Part shown: positions 35,441-48,927 of the stretch, in pieces
Layout: the number at the start of each line of letters is the position of its first letter
Position numbering within the stretch: position 1 is the first letter of the stretch
From: Camelus ferus
Lineage: Eukaryota
Reading direction: 5' to 3'
NCBI RefSeq assembly: GCF_009834535.1
Contig: NC_045707.1
Location: forward strand, 56,422,001-56,486,000
Length of the DNA stretch: 64,000 bases
Made by a program: the position numbers and the translations under genes
Notes under the pieces: generated by a model
The model's input: only the letters and a program-made list of their open reading frames with translations
Database searches by the model: none
What the model was told of the DNA's origin: nothing

Positions 35441-38400
35441 CAAAATTTAAGGGCAGATTTCATTCATTTTTTGCATCCTTAAACTTTACTAGAGTTTGGA
35501 AAATAGACTTTTAGCCTAATTTCTTCCCTTGAATATGTGAATGAAAGCCAGAAAGAAAGAGAGGATGGGAATGAAGGAGGGAGGGAAAAAGGAAAGAAGA
35601 AAAAACAAAAGAAAAGAAATAATATATCCCCAATAGAACTTCACCTTATCAGGTAGAAGCCCTAGCACATAAAAGTCCAGTACATAATAGTGTTCTCTGT
35701 TATATTAGAGCAGACATATAAAAGGCATTTAATAAACGTTTTGAACAAATCTGAATCATAACGGTTAAGAACTTAGCTATTAATCAACTCACCAATGACT
35801 AATCTAGACAGATAATTACAATCAATTTAAGTAAATTGTATTATCTATGCTAGTTGGAAATGAAATACTTTTGCTAATTAATTATCCTCGTTATGTTGTA
35901 AACCATATGATCCTCTGCAATTTTAAAGTATTAGAATAAAATAAAATACTCTTTAAAATAATTTAGTTTGTTTTACAATCAAGAAAACCCCTAAAATTCT
36001 TGAAGTGAGTTCTATTATAAGTATCTTTCAGAGCAATATCACCAACTACAGAGACTCTTTGTAATAAAATGTCAGAGAACCCAAAATCTACTGTATTCTT
36101 TCTTGGAAAAATGGACTTATTCTACAAATGGAGACGCCACAAGTAAATTCTAGATTTAGGCATAATCTCCCCAGGAAAAACAAAACTTAGTAAGTGGAAT
36201 TTGTTATGTATTACTTTCAAAGCACACTGACGAAAAGATAACCTGTTTTAGCCATCTTCGTTGGGTTTTAAGGGACATCCTTGAGTAAAATGCAGAGGAC
36301 TTACTCCACCGCAGGTAATTACCAGAGTGGGATGGTTCCCAACATGAGAAAACACGATGTCCTCGATGAAAGCACTGCAGGATTTCTCAGCCAGCTAGGG
36401 ATTACGGTCATAAAGAAAGCTGCTCTCTTGACAGTTTTAGGCTTTCTTCAACTAACTAAATGTTCATAGATCTCTTCTTAGTAGGGGTGGTGTAAGTGCA
36501 TAGGTTTTTCTGTCAATTGTTTTCAAGGCAGACAATCTAAACGCTTTCACTTTAAGCCCTGCAGCTATACATTTATTGGCAAGCCTTTTTTTTTTTTTTT
36601 TAATCTGAGAGAGAAATAGCATTAGGTTCTTTAGGTTAATACTCCAATTTCAAACACATTGCATCAGTACACCTGAAGTGCTTTGCTACTATGGTAACCC
36701 ATAATTCTGAAGTGCACAGATGATATTTATCATGCTCTATTTCTCACTTTGTGTAGGGGAGGAAGCTCCAAGCATCTTCCTAAGAATAAAGGTAAAGGGC
36801 TAGGCCAGGGACTTGAGTGGGAGGACTGGAGATAGATTGTCTGACTTTCAATTTCCTCAGTTTTCTCTCCTCCAAATTGACTGTCTGATGAGAAGCACTT
36901 TTTCTTAATGGCATAAAGATGGATCTCAATTATCCATGATAATTGAGTTCAGAGTCAGAAAAAAATGAAATCCACTGCTAATCAAAAACACTAATTTAAT
37001 TACAAGTTTCAATTTTCCCTCTCAACAATATTTAACAAATTTGTGGCAAAGAAACGAAGTGGAACTATTTCCTTTTTCCATGGTCACTCCTTCCCCTTTT
37101 CTGTCTCTGCTAGAAGCACCAAAGAAAACAAGGAGGGAGTTTTCTGGATAGTTCCCAAACTGGATAATCAACTTCTAAATGGCCTAGATTGAGAACAAGT
37201 TAAATAAATTTTCTACCCCAAGAAATATGTGCACCACACAGTATTTTATTGTAATAATATAGTTTTCCATCATAGATTTTGTTTTTTAGGTTACACATTT
37301 TGTGCTCATCAATTTAGTGTGTGCACGTGTGTGTGTGTGTGTGAGGAGCTGATGGTGATTAGTGCATAATGTGACATGGCTAATGCTACAATTCTTAATG
37401 ACCTAACACCCATAGCACTTCTTTGCTCTTAAATTTTTATCTAGATGAAACATCCTTGGTGTTTCCATACTATCAACAAATAGAATTGTGACTTTATATT
37501 GCAGTTTTGTTACTGAGTTCATGTGTCATGTTTTGTTTTGGTTCCAATAGTTACAGCCTAGTTTCTCTGTGAGTTGGGGACCTAATATTGAGTTATTTCC
37601 CCCTGCATCTTTCTAGTTTTATATTTAATGCTAGATATAGCAAACAAGTAATACGCCCAGTCTCATATACATACTGAGAAAAATTCTTATTTTATTCTTT
37701 TTCCAATTCTTTTAAAGACTGTGAGAGATTTCTTATCATTCCCAAAGGTGTCAATTCTTTAACTGCAAAATAAAAGCAAGCATATAAACTCTATAGTTCT
37801 TAGAAAAGTCATGATAACCTGTTTATCAAAGCATCTTTGGAGAGTTAAATTGCTACTTTAGAACTTATTTGTCCTTAGCAAGTGAAATTTTATGTTTAAA
37901 ACTTTCTTTTGTAATAGTGATCTGTTTGTAATCAGAAAAAAGTGCTCTATGGGTGGAAAATTCTTATTACCATGTTTCTGTTATGCACCAGTATTTAAAA
38001 ACAAAACAAAACTTGATTTGCTTATATTTTCCAGATGCCAATTCTTTACACAAATATTGACTGATTGGTGCATGTGAAAATTACTCATACATAAACCCTG
38101 TTCAAAAGAAATTATATATGAGGGTCATACGGCATGTATATAAATAACTAACATATTATAGAAAGTGAAAAAAACAGAAAAGAGTATAGATAAAACACTA
38201 TGGAAGTTTAGAGGAATAAGAAATTATTAGAGATTGGAAGAGTCTTTGGGAGGAGATTAATTAATTCATTCATCAGATATTTACTGTGCACCTACTCTAT
38301 GCCAAGGAAGGCAGATATCACTCTCTCGCCTTACAATTAAATGGGAGCTAGCAGTTGAGTTGGGCTTTGAAAATCAAGTAGGACCTAGAAGCATAAAGAC

Positions 38401-40479
38401 AGACGAAAAGATTCTTACTTGACCTATGGTTTACTTTTTCTCTCTCTATCTCCAATTATTTCCAAAGTTCCACTGCCTGGCTTTGGAACATCAATTTGAC
38501 TTTCCCAACATTTAAAAAAAATACTGGCTTGAAATAGCAAGTAGACAAGCCTCTCTTATCTCTCCTCAAACGTATGAATGTGTGATCCATTTTCAGTAGA
38601 ATCACAGCAATATCAGGAAAGCCTTTTGACTTCTAAGCACTTGTTGCTTAATTTATAAATCCTGGGAGGATGAGTGATCTACAGATTCCCTTCTGTCCTG
38701 TATACCCTGAGAGATTAGATGTTATGGGGTCCAGGATCATCTGCTTGTTGCTTTGTCTTCCCTGACTTTAACTGCCACCAGTATTTTATTTGGGGGAAGA
38801 CATATTTCTGTCACCTGAATCTTAACCTGATATGTATGCTGCCATGAAAAATAATGTGAATGAGGGCTTCGTGGGGTTGAATCAGTGCTCTCAGTATTTG
38901 CTTTAGCCACACTGTGGTAAAGTTGATTTTTTTCAGGTGGACATAACATTTGTTCTCTGGGGAAATGAAGTTCCAAATAGGCATGGTATAAGCAAACTTT
39001 TGGAAAATACTTATACTCACAAATGATGAGTATAAGTGGCTGCATAGATTTGTCAAGAAAATATGAAGTTTTGATAAACTTTCTTGTTTGGTATTTTGCT
39101 CAGAATAAGAAGTCTATCTTGAACAGCCGTGAAATAGTTAAATATAAACCATGAGCGTCTTCTTTCAGCCTTGCCAGAGACTGGTATTCAGTAGGTAAAG
39201 AAGACAATGACGTTTATTTATTGTGATAGTTGTTTTAACAGCCTCAAGGTTGATGCAGCCCTGGTTTTTGTTTTTTTTTTTCTCCCTTTTCTCTATGTAT
39301 GACTCAATTTATTTCTCTTTCTTCAGGCTCACACAGAACTATAAAAGATGAATAATGCATGTAGAAAGTGTTTATAATTTCTTCCTTTAGGACAATTACT
39401 TTCATCAGTTATTAAGGGCAGCTAATCAATGTTGATTATCTGAAAATGGGCTGAGAAAATTAGAAACTTGGTAGATACATATGCAATGTATGTATTGAAG
39501 GCGATTAGTATGAATTAAGGAGGAAGTTAAAGGATTTAAAAAGGGCTTTTAGGCTTTTTTTTTTTTTTATAATTTCAGTAAGTCTTTGATGTTTGAGTCA
39601 GGGATGCTGTCAGAGCAAGCTGTGAGACAGATAAGCCCAGAGTGAGCCAGGCTATTGGTGAGCAGCAGGTTAAGGTAGTGTAGCCAGAGTAGTTAGCAAG
39701 ACCAGAAAGGATGACATGATGGAGAACATCATGAACCGTGTGGGGATGTGGCTGACCTTGATTTTCTAGAGGATCGAGAGGATTTAGACGGAGCAGATGG
39801 CCCAAAGAGAAAACATGTAGCCTTGAGACTGCCTGTGGAACAAAACAGAAAGATGAGAGTTTGAGGGAAACTATATCCAGCATAAGGAAGTGTCACACAG
39901 GACTGTGGAGTCAGGTAATGAGCGAGTGTGGCAAGAGCAACACAGTGGCAGCAGCGATAGTGGCAATAATAAGACCAGCAGTAACCACTAAGGACTAGAA
40001 ATGAAAAATATCAGCCCCTTGAAATAAATATATATGTGAAGACAGTAATCACAGTGTAGGACATATGGTAAGGATTCAACAAATAATATTTGAAGTTGAA
40101 TCTGAAATGCAGAAAGACTGCAGCAATCTGTAGCAGCCAACTTGCAAAAACTACTGTCATATTAAATAAGAGGATGACAAAAAAATATGTGATAATCCTA
40201 AGGGATCAGGAAAGAGACTGTTCCGTCACTGCTGCCTAGACCTGGAAGACCTAGACTATCCTGAGAATGGTTTGATAGTGAATTGCATTTGGGGAATCTA
40301 CTTCAGAAATTAAGCTTATTATGACAAATTTTTATGTAAAATTGCATATGTAAACATTTCTCCCTATATCGTTGTTGTTTTTTCCCCCCAAACTTGCCCC
40401 TTTTACAATTTTCAAGGTCTACTTTATAGGACTCTACATGTGTTGAAAATCGGATCATCCTAAAATAGATACACTGAAC

Positions 40480-41200
40480 CATTCATTCCTTCATTTACTC
40501 AGCAATTATTTATTAAGTGTCTTTTAAGTGTCAGACATTATTAAACTTGTTGGTAAAGAGGGAGATTAAAACTTAGAAACATACCCTGAGAGCTCTGGAA
40601 GCATGAAAGAAGCAACTAACCCGCCTTAGAGGAGACATTTCACATGTGAGTGATCATTGGGAAGGTAAAGGTGGTGGGGGATGGACCTTCCGAGGCAGAG
40701 GATTAGGCTGCAAGAGACTTGGAAATATGAAAGGGTCTGATGTGTTTGAGAAAAAGGTGAAAAAATAAATTCTGTGGCTAGAGCCTGGCATTCATCAAAA
40801 TGAGACTCATTGGTATCGACTGTAAAGCTAAGAAGTTTAAGCTAAGAAGTTTAGGTCTCAGTCTTTATTCTGTCAAACCCATAGACATTTTGAACTATAG
40901 AAATAACCTGATCTGAATTATGTTCTAGAAAGTTAACTCCAGCAGCAGTTGGAAGATAGACTTATGGAAAGAAAATCCAGGCCTAGGAGGGAGAAAACAG
41001 AGACACTTATTGCCATTTTTCAAGGAAGAGATCTGTGCTTAAATATAAAGGCAATGAGGATAGAAAACAGAAACCAGATCCAAAGGTGTTTCTTAAATAA
41101 AATCCATGAGATTTTTGTCTAGTTGGATGTGGGAGGTGAGGGAGAAGAAGTAAATGAGACTGGTTTGAAAGTATTTACTCTGAGAAATGGAATCAATGGT
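40480..41200 (-). mobile_element. LINE-2 fragment
   Basis: CATTCATTCCTTCATTTACTCAGCAATTATTTATTAAGTG tail followed by the purine-rich L2 body. Confidence 0.6.
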
Positions 41201-41959
41201 GATGGAAATGAAGATTAATAATAGAAAAGGCTGTTCAAAGGTGGGAGGCAGAGAACATTCTGGATTAGCTGTGCTAGATCACTGCTTCTATAGAAAACCA
41301 TTTTTATCCAACTGGCATCCAAACAGGGACTAACACTGGCAGGGTGTTGCTTGGTAAGCCAGACTTAAACATAAAATGGAAATCACACATAAGAGATATG
41401 TTCAACTACTTATGCTTTGGCATGGCTGGCAAGCAACTTTCTCATGCAGTGGTATGAGCAGTGGCAGCATCTCTTGTTTCCATATTTTTCCTTTAATGTT
41501 TTCCCAGGCATGGCAAGTTTTCCGTATGCTCTGCTGGGTGGATTCTTGTTGCCATATGGCATCATGTAATATGGGGAAAAAATCATAAAGAAGATGTTTC
41601 TAATTGTCTAAAGGGATTGCTCCTGGAAAATCATAATTCCATGCTGGGTGGCAGAACTATTCTCACTGGGCAAAAACATCAAGGTCAAGAAGCCATTAAA
41701 GTCTGGATGCTGAAGATCTAGTAACACTCCTATATTTCTTAAACAATTTAAAAAGAAATTGGTCACAGCTTGATACTCTTGGAATAATTTTTTTACCCTT
41801 GCTGTAGAGGAAAGTTAGACATAGGGGCACAGTGGCTGCTTTTGCTGACTTATCCTTGTAGAATCAAATATTTATCCCTTCTCAATTCAACTCAGCAAAC
41901 CTTTTTAAGAATATCTAGGTATTTGGAGTATTAAAAAATGAATGGTCTCAGGACATTGT

Positions 41960-42180
41960 GTGACTAGCCCCATGATTATGGTATCAGACAAATCTTTGTC
42001 TGAAGCCTGTTCTAGTGCTGTGTGTTCTCAGGCAGATCACGTCATTCCTTGAGCTTCAGTATCCTCATCTCTAAGATGGAGATAATAGCGCCCACCTTGC
42101 AGAGATATCAAGAACATTAGAAATAATATCCGTAAATGCCTTATGACACTGCCTGTCACAGTAAATGGAAGTCATTGTTA
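41960..42180 (+). mobile_element. MIR SINE
   Basis: GAGCTTCAGTATCCTCATCTCTAAGATGGAGATAATAGCGCCCACCTTGCAGAG. Confidence 0.75.
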
Positions 42181-45100
42181 TTTTGGCTTTCACTTCTATG
42201 CCTATACCAAGCCTGGTAATTACCTTCAATGATAAACAACTCTCAACTGTATTGGGATTTTATTCTTTTATTTTGTATGTGTTGAGCAAATATATTCAAT
42301 GTGAATTCAGAAAGGTCCAAACTGCTGTTTTCACTAAATCTGAGATCCATGTGATGTTTTACTCACTGGAGCTTATGATAAGACTAAGTAGTTTAAAACA
42401 CGAACATTGTGTGATCATTCAAAATGTTTCTTATTCTTCAAAATGATATGGTTTGGAATAACTGTATTGTGGTGAGGAAGTTTTATTTTATTAACAGGGA
42501 GACAGTGACCTACTTTTGAAAATGAATGTGCAGATTCTATAAAAAATCAATTCATCAAAATTAAAGATAGATGTTCAGCTATTGAACATTTCTGGTAGCA
42601 CTGGCAGAATGCATGGATTTTTTTTTTTTTTTTTTTTTTTTTTACCTATTATTAAGACTTTTGAAACACAGATTGACATTACTCAGCTTTGTCTTGTTTT
42701 GAATTTGTTTTCACTGAGATAATGCTGGAAACAAGGAACCACAAATATCTCAACAAGGTCCAACAATAAACATTAATTTTTCTCCCTCATGGGTCTCCAG
42801 GCCAACTACTGTTTGACTGATCTTACTTGAGCTAGTGTAGGCTAAACCCCTGGCTTTGGTTTGGATTCAATTTCATGACACGTGCTCACTTCCAGGGTTC
42901 AGGCTAAAGGGGAAAAGGCTAGGTGGGGCACATTTTTCTGGCAGAGGCTAAAAATTCCAGGAGGCCAAGTCAAATGATACAGTTACCTCTACAGCCTTCC
43001 ACAGTATGTGGTGTGTGTTATCTTTACTTATGCCCCGCCTGCCAAGGCAGATCAAACACCTAAGCCAAATGTTACTGGGGTTGGGACATATGTACCATGT
43101 CGAAGGAAGGTACCCTAAATCACACTCTAAAGGGAATGGATGCAATTCTATTAGAAGGCAGTAATGAAGAGTTGGGAGCAATGACCCAATATACCACATT
43201 ATACTGATTGAATAAAAATGATGTTGATTCAAACACACAATGAATCAAATAAGCTTTATGTTATTCTCTTTAGAAAAGGCTAACAAGAATGCACTTAATA
43301 ATTCCTGCCCTTTGGAACAATGACTATACAGTTTTTATTTCACATAATAGGTACCTACTGAAGACCTACTTCCAGGGCTGCTTCGTAAGGCAGCGCTGGT
43401 GGAGCTCAAGCTTCCCATGTGAATGCAGCCCCCTGAGACTATGAATGGAACGTTACTTTTTTACAATACATCTTTTTGGTTCATTTTAAACTTTGTAGCC
43501 TGGATATGCATAACTTAATTAACAAAATAATTAAACATTTTAAATCCCTAAGGCTTAAAACAGTAATTGCATGGAAACTTCATAAATCCATGCCAGAGAA
43601 TTGAACTCTAGATCAAGACTGGTGTTGGCAAACGCAAGCATGGTACCAAGCAACAAGCACAAGCAGATCATTGGTCAGACTCGGAGATAGTAGGTGAGAT
43701 GTCATAACGCACAGGCAGGGTACCAATTTTAGACATGATGATGGAGAGTGTGAAATGTGAGCCCAGGGTGCATACATATGAACCATTTCAGTACAAGGAG
43801 TAAGGCTGTTGAACCCATGAATGTTTGAGAAGCTGAGTCTTATCTGATAGGATCTGTGATTCCTGCACTAGAGGAAGACTGAGTTAAACCAGCACCATCA
43901 TGGTCTATGTAAGTGTGTTAGAGTTTTGCTTGGGGTTCTATGGGAACACAGAGGATGGCACAGAGTTAAATGAAAAAAATGTGATGGAACATTTCGAAGC
44001 ACTAGACTCCACTGCCATCGCAAATACCTATTGAACAGGAAGATGTTGAGTTCTGCACCATTCTCATTAGAAGACAAGAGAAGAACTTTCAGCCACCAGA
44101 ATATTTTGCTTACTCTACTTGATAGTATGAATAAGTAATTTATGTCTTTTATTATGAATAATTGGATTTTATTGTTTAGTAACATATTGTGTCAACCAAA
44201 CTAGTTCTCAACCCTTATATTTAACTAGCTTCTGAATTTCTTTTGAACATTTCTAGAACAAATGTGTGCTTTCATTTCCTTTCAAAAATGCATGAAAAAA
44301 GATGAAGTTGATATTGAAGAGATGACATAATGTTATAAACTACTGAAGAACATGGAATTGGAGTAACTTAATATAATCATTTTAGGTTAAGAGAACAGAG
44401 CAAAGAGTTATCAGTCATGCATGTTAACTATGTGCTTCCATTCACTGTATTTGGTTTAGTAGAACCTATGTAAATCAGAACAGCCAGAGAATGCACGTAT
44501 ATTGGAATTACTTCATCTGTTATCCACTATTGTTGAGCAAGTAACAAGTTGTTGTGAAGGTAAAATGTTCTACTCTTACACATCTGACCTCATGCCCAAA
44601 CCTGTTTATTTCACTTCACAGCATTTCTGAAATCCAGCTTTTCATCTGTGTTTCCACAGCTATATTCTTTATCTAGCTACAGTAATTTCTGGCATAAGGT
44701 CTCCAATCACTAAGTGACCTTTAAAAATGCAAATGTTATCATGTCTCCTGCCTGCTTAAAACCCTTTACTGATTTGCATTGCTCTTAGAATAAAGGGAAG
44801 GATCCCTTTCATGGCCTCAGTGCCCTGTCTCAGTGGTCGCTGTCCACCTCTCTAGCCATATCTGTCACATTCTCCTTCCAGCAACTCAGACAGCTCATTC
44901 ACTCTCACCTCCACCAGGGAGCTCCAGTTCACTCTCTCCCACTCCTTGCCTTTGTTGTAACTAACAAAACCGAACTCTAACTAATTTAAAGAGAAAAGAA
45001 ATATTAAAAGATGTTTGGAGGCTCACAGAATTATTGGGATGGCTCTGGAGAACAAAGCTTGCGGCCGCGCAGCCAGAACCACATCCCAAATCTCTCCAGG

Positions 45101-45883
45101 CTTGGTGTGGTGCAGGCATCATGGTCCTCAACGCGAGCCCATATGTGGCTATTTACCTGCCAAGTCCGTTGCCCAAGCAACTCATTATTGCTGCATCAGC
45201 TGATATCTAAAGAAAACATTCCTTCCACTTCCCATTCATTTTGTGTCACTTGTTCCCAATTCAGTCTTCATATATGTATCTTAAAGGCACAGACATGCAA
45301 ATGTGACTGTACTTTAGCTGCAAAGGATGCTGTGAAAATGAGTATCTGGCAATTTTAACTTCTTTTCACTGGACTCTGCCCTTAGAAAAATGAATTAAAT
45401 GGTAAAATTTCAAATTAAGAAAAGGTATTTAGATGCTGTCTGGTCAAATAACTATATTAGTAAATTCCTATTCATTTTTCCACACTCAGCTGAAATATAA
45501 CTCTCTCAAGGATGTTTCTGTGGGTCATCCCCTCCTCTCATTTTAGATCAGGTCTCTTAGTAGTTATACTCTCACAATACCCTCTACTTATTTTCCATAG
45601 CATTAACACTATTGTTGCCAAATTGTTAATAATTCCTGTCTCTCCCTGCTAGAATATAAGACCTGTGAAGACAGTTACTGTGTCTATCTTAGTCAAACTT
45701 TTACATCTATACATTAGATATCATAAATGAGTGCCTAATAAATGTTTTCAGTGAATAAATGATGCATTGAATGACATACCCCTCTTTAGAATGCTTTCCA
45801 CACAATATTGTCTAAGGTTAAGGGATCCTTTAATTGATGGCAGCTTATAGAATATCCATTTCTTTTGTTGAAAAACTGGAAAG

Positions 45884-47277
45884 TGTAAGGTTGGGGGAAA
45901 AAAACCTTTTCCTCTACCCTCTTAAGTTCAGTAGCTGGAGTCTGCAAATTAAAATGACAACAGATAGAATAACAGGAAAAGTTTTATTATGCATGCACAT
46001 GGGGCCTTACAAAAAAATAGTGAAAGTCAAAGATACAGTTGGGCTTGAGGGCTTGCATGCCATTTTAACAAAGGGCAGTAAATTGTGTAGAGGTGACATG
46101 ATAAAGAAAAAGGAATTTTTTTTTCATTGCTGGCGGTAATGAAAAATGGTACAGCTTTTTTTGGCAGACAGTTTGGTGATTTTTTACAAACCTGAACGTA
46201 GTCTACCATGTGATTCAGTAATTGTGCTCCTTGGTATTTACCCAAAGGAGTTGAAAACTTACATCTACCCAAACACTAGCACATAAATGTTTATCGCAGC
46301 TTTATTCATACTCCAAAACTTAGAAGCAACAAAGACGTCCTTCAATAGTTAAATGGATAAATAAACTGTGGCATAGCCAGACAATGGAATATTATTAACT
46401 AAAAAGAAATGCAAAGATATGGAGGAAACTTAAATGCGTATTAATAAGTGAAAGAAACCAGTCTGAAAAGGCTATATACTGTATGATTCCAAATACATGA
46501 CATTCTGGAAAAGGTAACACTTTGGAGATAGTGAAAAAAAAAAAGATTAGTGGTTGCCAAGGGTTGAGGGTGGAAGGGTTTAATTGGTGGAGCTCAGAAG
46601 ATTTTTAGGGCAGCGAAAATACCTTTATGATACCACAATGATGGATATGTATCATTATGCATTTGTCTAAACACACCAAGAGTGAACCATCATATAAACT
46701 ATAGACTTTGAGAGATTATAATATGTTAATGTAGGTTCATCAATTATAACAAATGTGCCACTCTGGCAGGGGACGCTGATAATGGAGGTGGCTGTGCATA
46801 TGTGGGTGCAGGGGGTATATGGGAAATCTTTGTAGCTTCTGCTCAATTTTGCTGTAACCCTTATAATACTCTAAAAATAGTGTTAATAAATAAAAATTTT
46901 AAAACTGTAAAAAAAAAAAAAAAGAAAAAGGGGTTTAGACTACTATAGACAGCAAACTGTGGGAAGGTAAATATATGAGGAAAGCTAATGGAAGATAAAG
47001 GTTGTTTAGTAAGGTCTGTTATGCAGACTAGAGTTATTGCCATCTCCAGTGATAAGAGTTGAGTTGTCTTCAGCGTTTAAGAGTCATTATCCTCTTCCTG
47101 GTATGGAAGAGGGGAGGGGAACACCTTTACTAAGATAAATTTATGTCCTAATTTTAGGCAGAAAAGCAAAGTGCAGAGATTCCCTGTTGTGTCTACTATT
47201 TCTTAATTGCCTTCAGCTCAAAATAATTCTTAAGCCAAAGTGACATATTTTGAGGTAGCATATTCTGATCTGTTTCA
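45884..47277 (-). mobile_element. ERV1 LTR, MER34-like, split by an L1 insertion
   Basis: Minus strand begins TGAAACAGATCAGAATATGCTACCTCAAAATATGTCACTTTGGC (MER34 start); the two halves rejoin at the L1 TSD. Confidence 0.8.
46114..46920 (+). mobile_element. LINE-1 3' end (L1MC1-like) nested in the MER34-like LTR
   Basis: AGAGTGAACC...TAAACTAT...GTAGGTTCATCAATT...GGGGGTATATGGGAAATC, poly(A) tail; 11-bp TSD AAAGAAAAAGG at 46103 and 46921. Confidence 0.88.
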
Positions 47278-48394
47278 GAGGAAAAAAAAACCCTATACAT
47301 TAAACAAACTTGCACTAACAATTTAGGTTAAGATGATTCCAATTGAGCATGCATATAAAAGAACCTAATACTTCCTTTGGATTCATTTCTTACTTGTACT
47401 TTTATTACTTTGAGGTTTTTACACTTAAACTCATTTGTAGAACTTTCTCAATCCATGTTTTTGAGCTATGTGATCCAAGTCTCATACTTCTCCCTTAATT
47501 TCTCAAATTATCTTCTCTACCTGTCTTTTCCCTAGTTGTCCTAGTGGTTAGGCTTCTGAAGGACTCTGCATTGTTTTGATGGTTGATAATCTGCATTCTT
47601 ACCAATAGGCAAGTTCTTGCTAGAGAACACATTTTCATACAGATCATAGTTATACAGATCATGTTTTTCAGAGAAGCAATGCCATAATTGTTGGTTTTAT
47701 TTCTAATCAAGGGCTAAACAACATATATAACAAATAAACTCACTAGCATACTACAACTATAAACTTTCATAGTCATGCAAAGTAGGGAAATTATGCTCCA
47801 AGCCCTACAAATGAACTTAATTAAATAAGAAGTAGGTAAAGGGGCTCACTATTAAAATTTGCTAGATTTAAAACAGTATTCTAGCCATTGACTGGACAGT
47901 TTAACATGCATGAATGGGTGAATAAATCTAGTTTTCTTGTTCATTCTGTTTTACACCTCCACCCTCTCTCTACTTGAGAATCACTACTGGAAAGGACTCA
48001 GTTATTCAACAAGCATTTATTGATCCACTCTATACAAGGTGCTGGATTACAGTGTTGAGCAAAACCTACCCTTCATTGTCCCTCACGGAACTTACAGTCT
48101 ATGAAATCTTAGGAATTTTACTGAACTATTGGCAGATATTTGTTAAAGAATCACACTGACATACAGTTACTCTCTACAATTATACAATCACATAATGACT
48201 ATCTGCTGTGAATGACAAATATGGGATGATGAAAGTATCTAGTCTGGGAGAGTTAAGGAAAGATCCCTTGAACCATGATAAAGGCAAAAGTGCATGCAGG
48301 TGTAAGGGTGGGATGGGGGACTGTGGGTGTGGTAAGACAGTAGCATTCACACTTGATGGCATTGGAAAGTGTCTGTGGACTGAATGAATAGAAG

Positions 48395-48430
48395 GTGTGT
48401 GTGTGTGTGCGCACACGCGCGTGCGTGTGT
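48395..48430. repeat. Alternating purine-pyrimidine (TG/CG/CA) tract
   Basis: GTGTGTGTGTGTGTGCGCACACGCGCGTGCGTGTGT. Confidence 0.85.
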
Positions 48431-48927
48431 TGACTAAGAGTACTTTCTTGACCAAACTGTAGCCAGGCTCCTCTGAACTCTCTTCTCAAACAGGCTCTAA
48501 CTTTTGATCTTCTGCACTCATCTCTGCATTGTACAGTTTAACCAAGAATCTTGCTAAGCCAGTTTAGCCAGGATCTTCCACCTTCAATATCTGATCAAGT
48601 TCCTCATTCTTCATTATTCCCCAGGTGATGTCTAATCCTCCTGGCTTGTCTTCAGCAAGAGTCTGATTAAGATTGTCAGAGTCGGAATCATCCCCAACCC
48701 TGGATGTTTCCTTTTAGTAATTTTCCATCCACTGACACTGTGCCCTGACCCACAACCTTTTGGCTAGAAATTGCCATTTTTCCTCTTTCTATTCAGAATT
48801 GGGTCCAAAATCTCTCCCCTACTGCAAAACCCCATCGCAGTGGTTCACCTGCTTACCATAATAGTCCCCTTGAATAAAGTCTGCCTTATTATCTTTAACA
48901 AGTGTCATGAATACTTTTTCTTTAACA
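48431..48927 (+). mobile_element. ERV1 solo LTR, MER31-like
   Basis: CTTGACCAAACTGTAGCCAGGCTCCTCTGA, ATATCTGATCAAGTTCCTCAT, TTGAATAAAGTC, ends TTTAACA; near-TSD GTGT/GTTT. Confidence 0.85.

Noticed and set aside
40826..40853. Short tandem duplication AAGCTAAGAAGTTT x2, with a similar case at ~30046-30078
   Set aside because: Ordinary slippage duplications with no further structure
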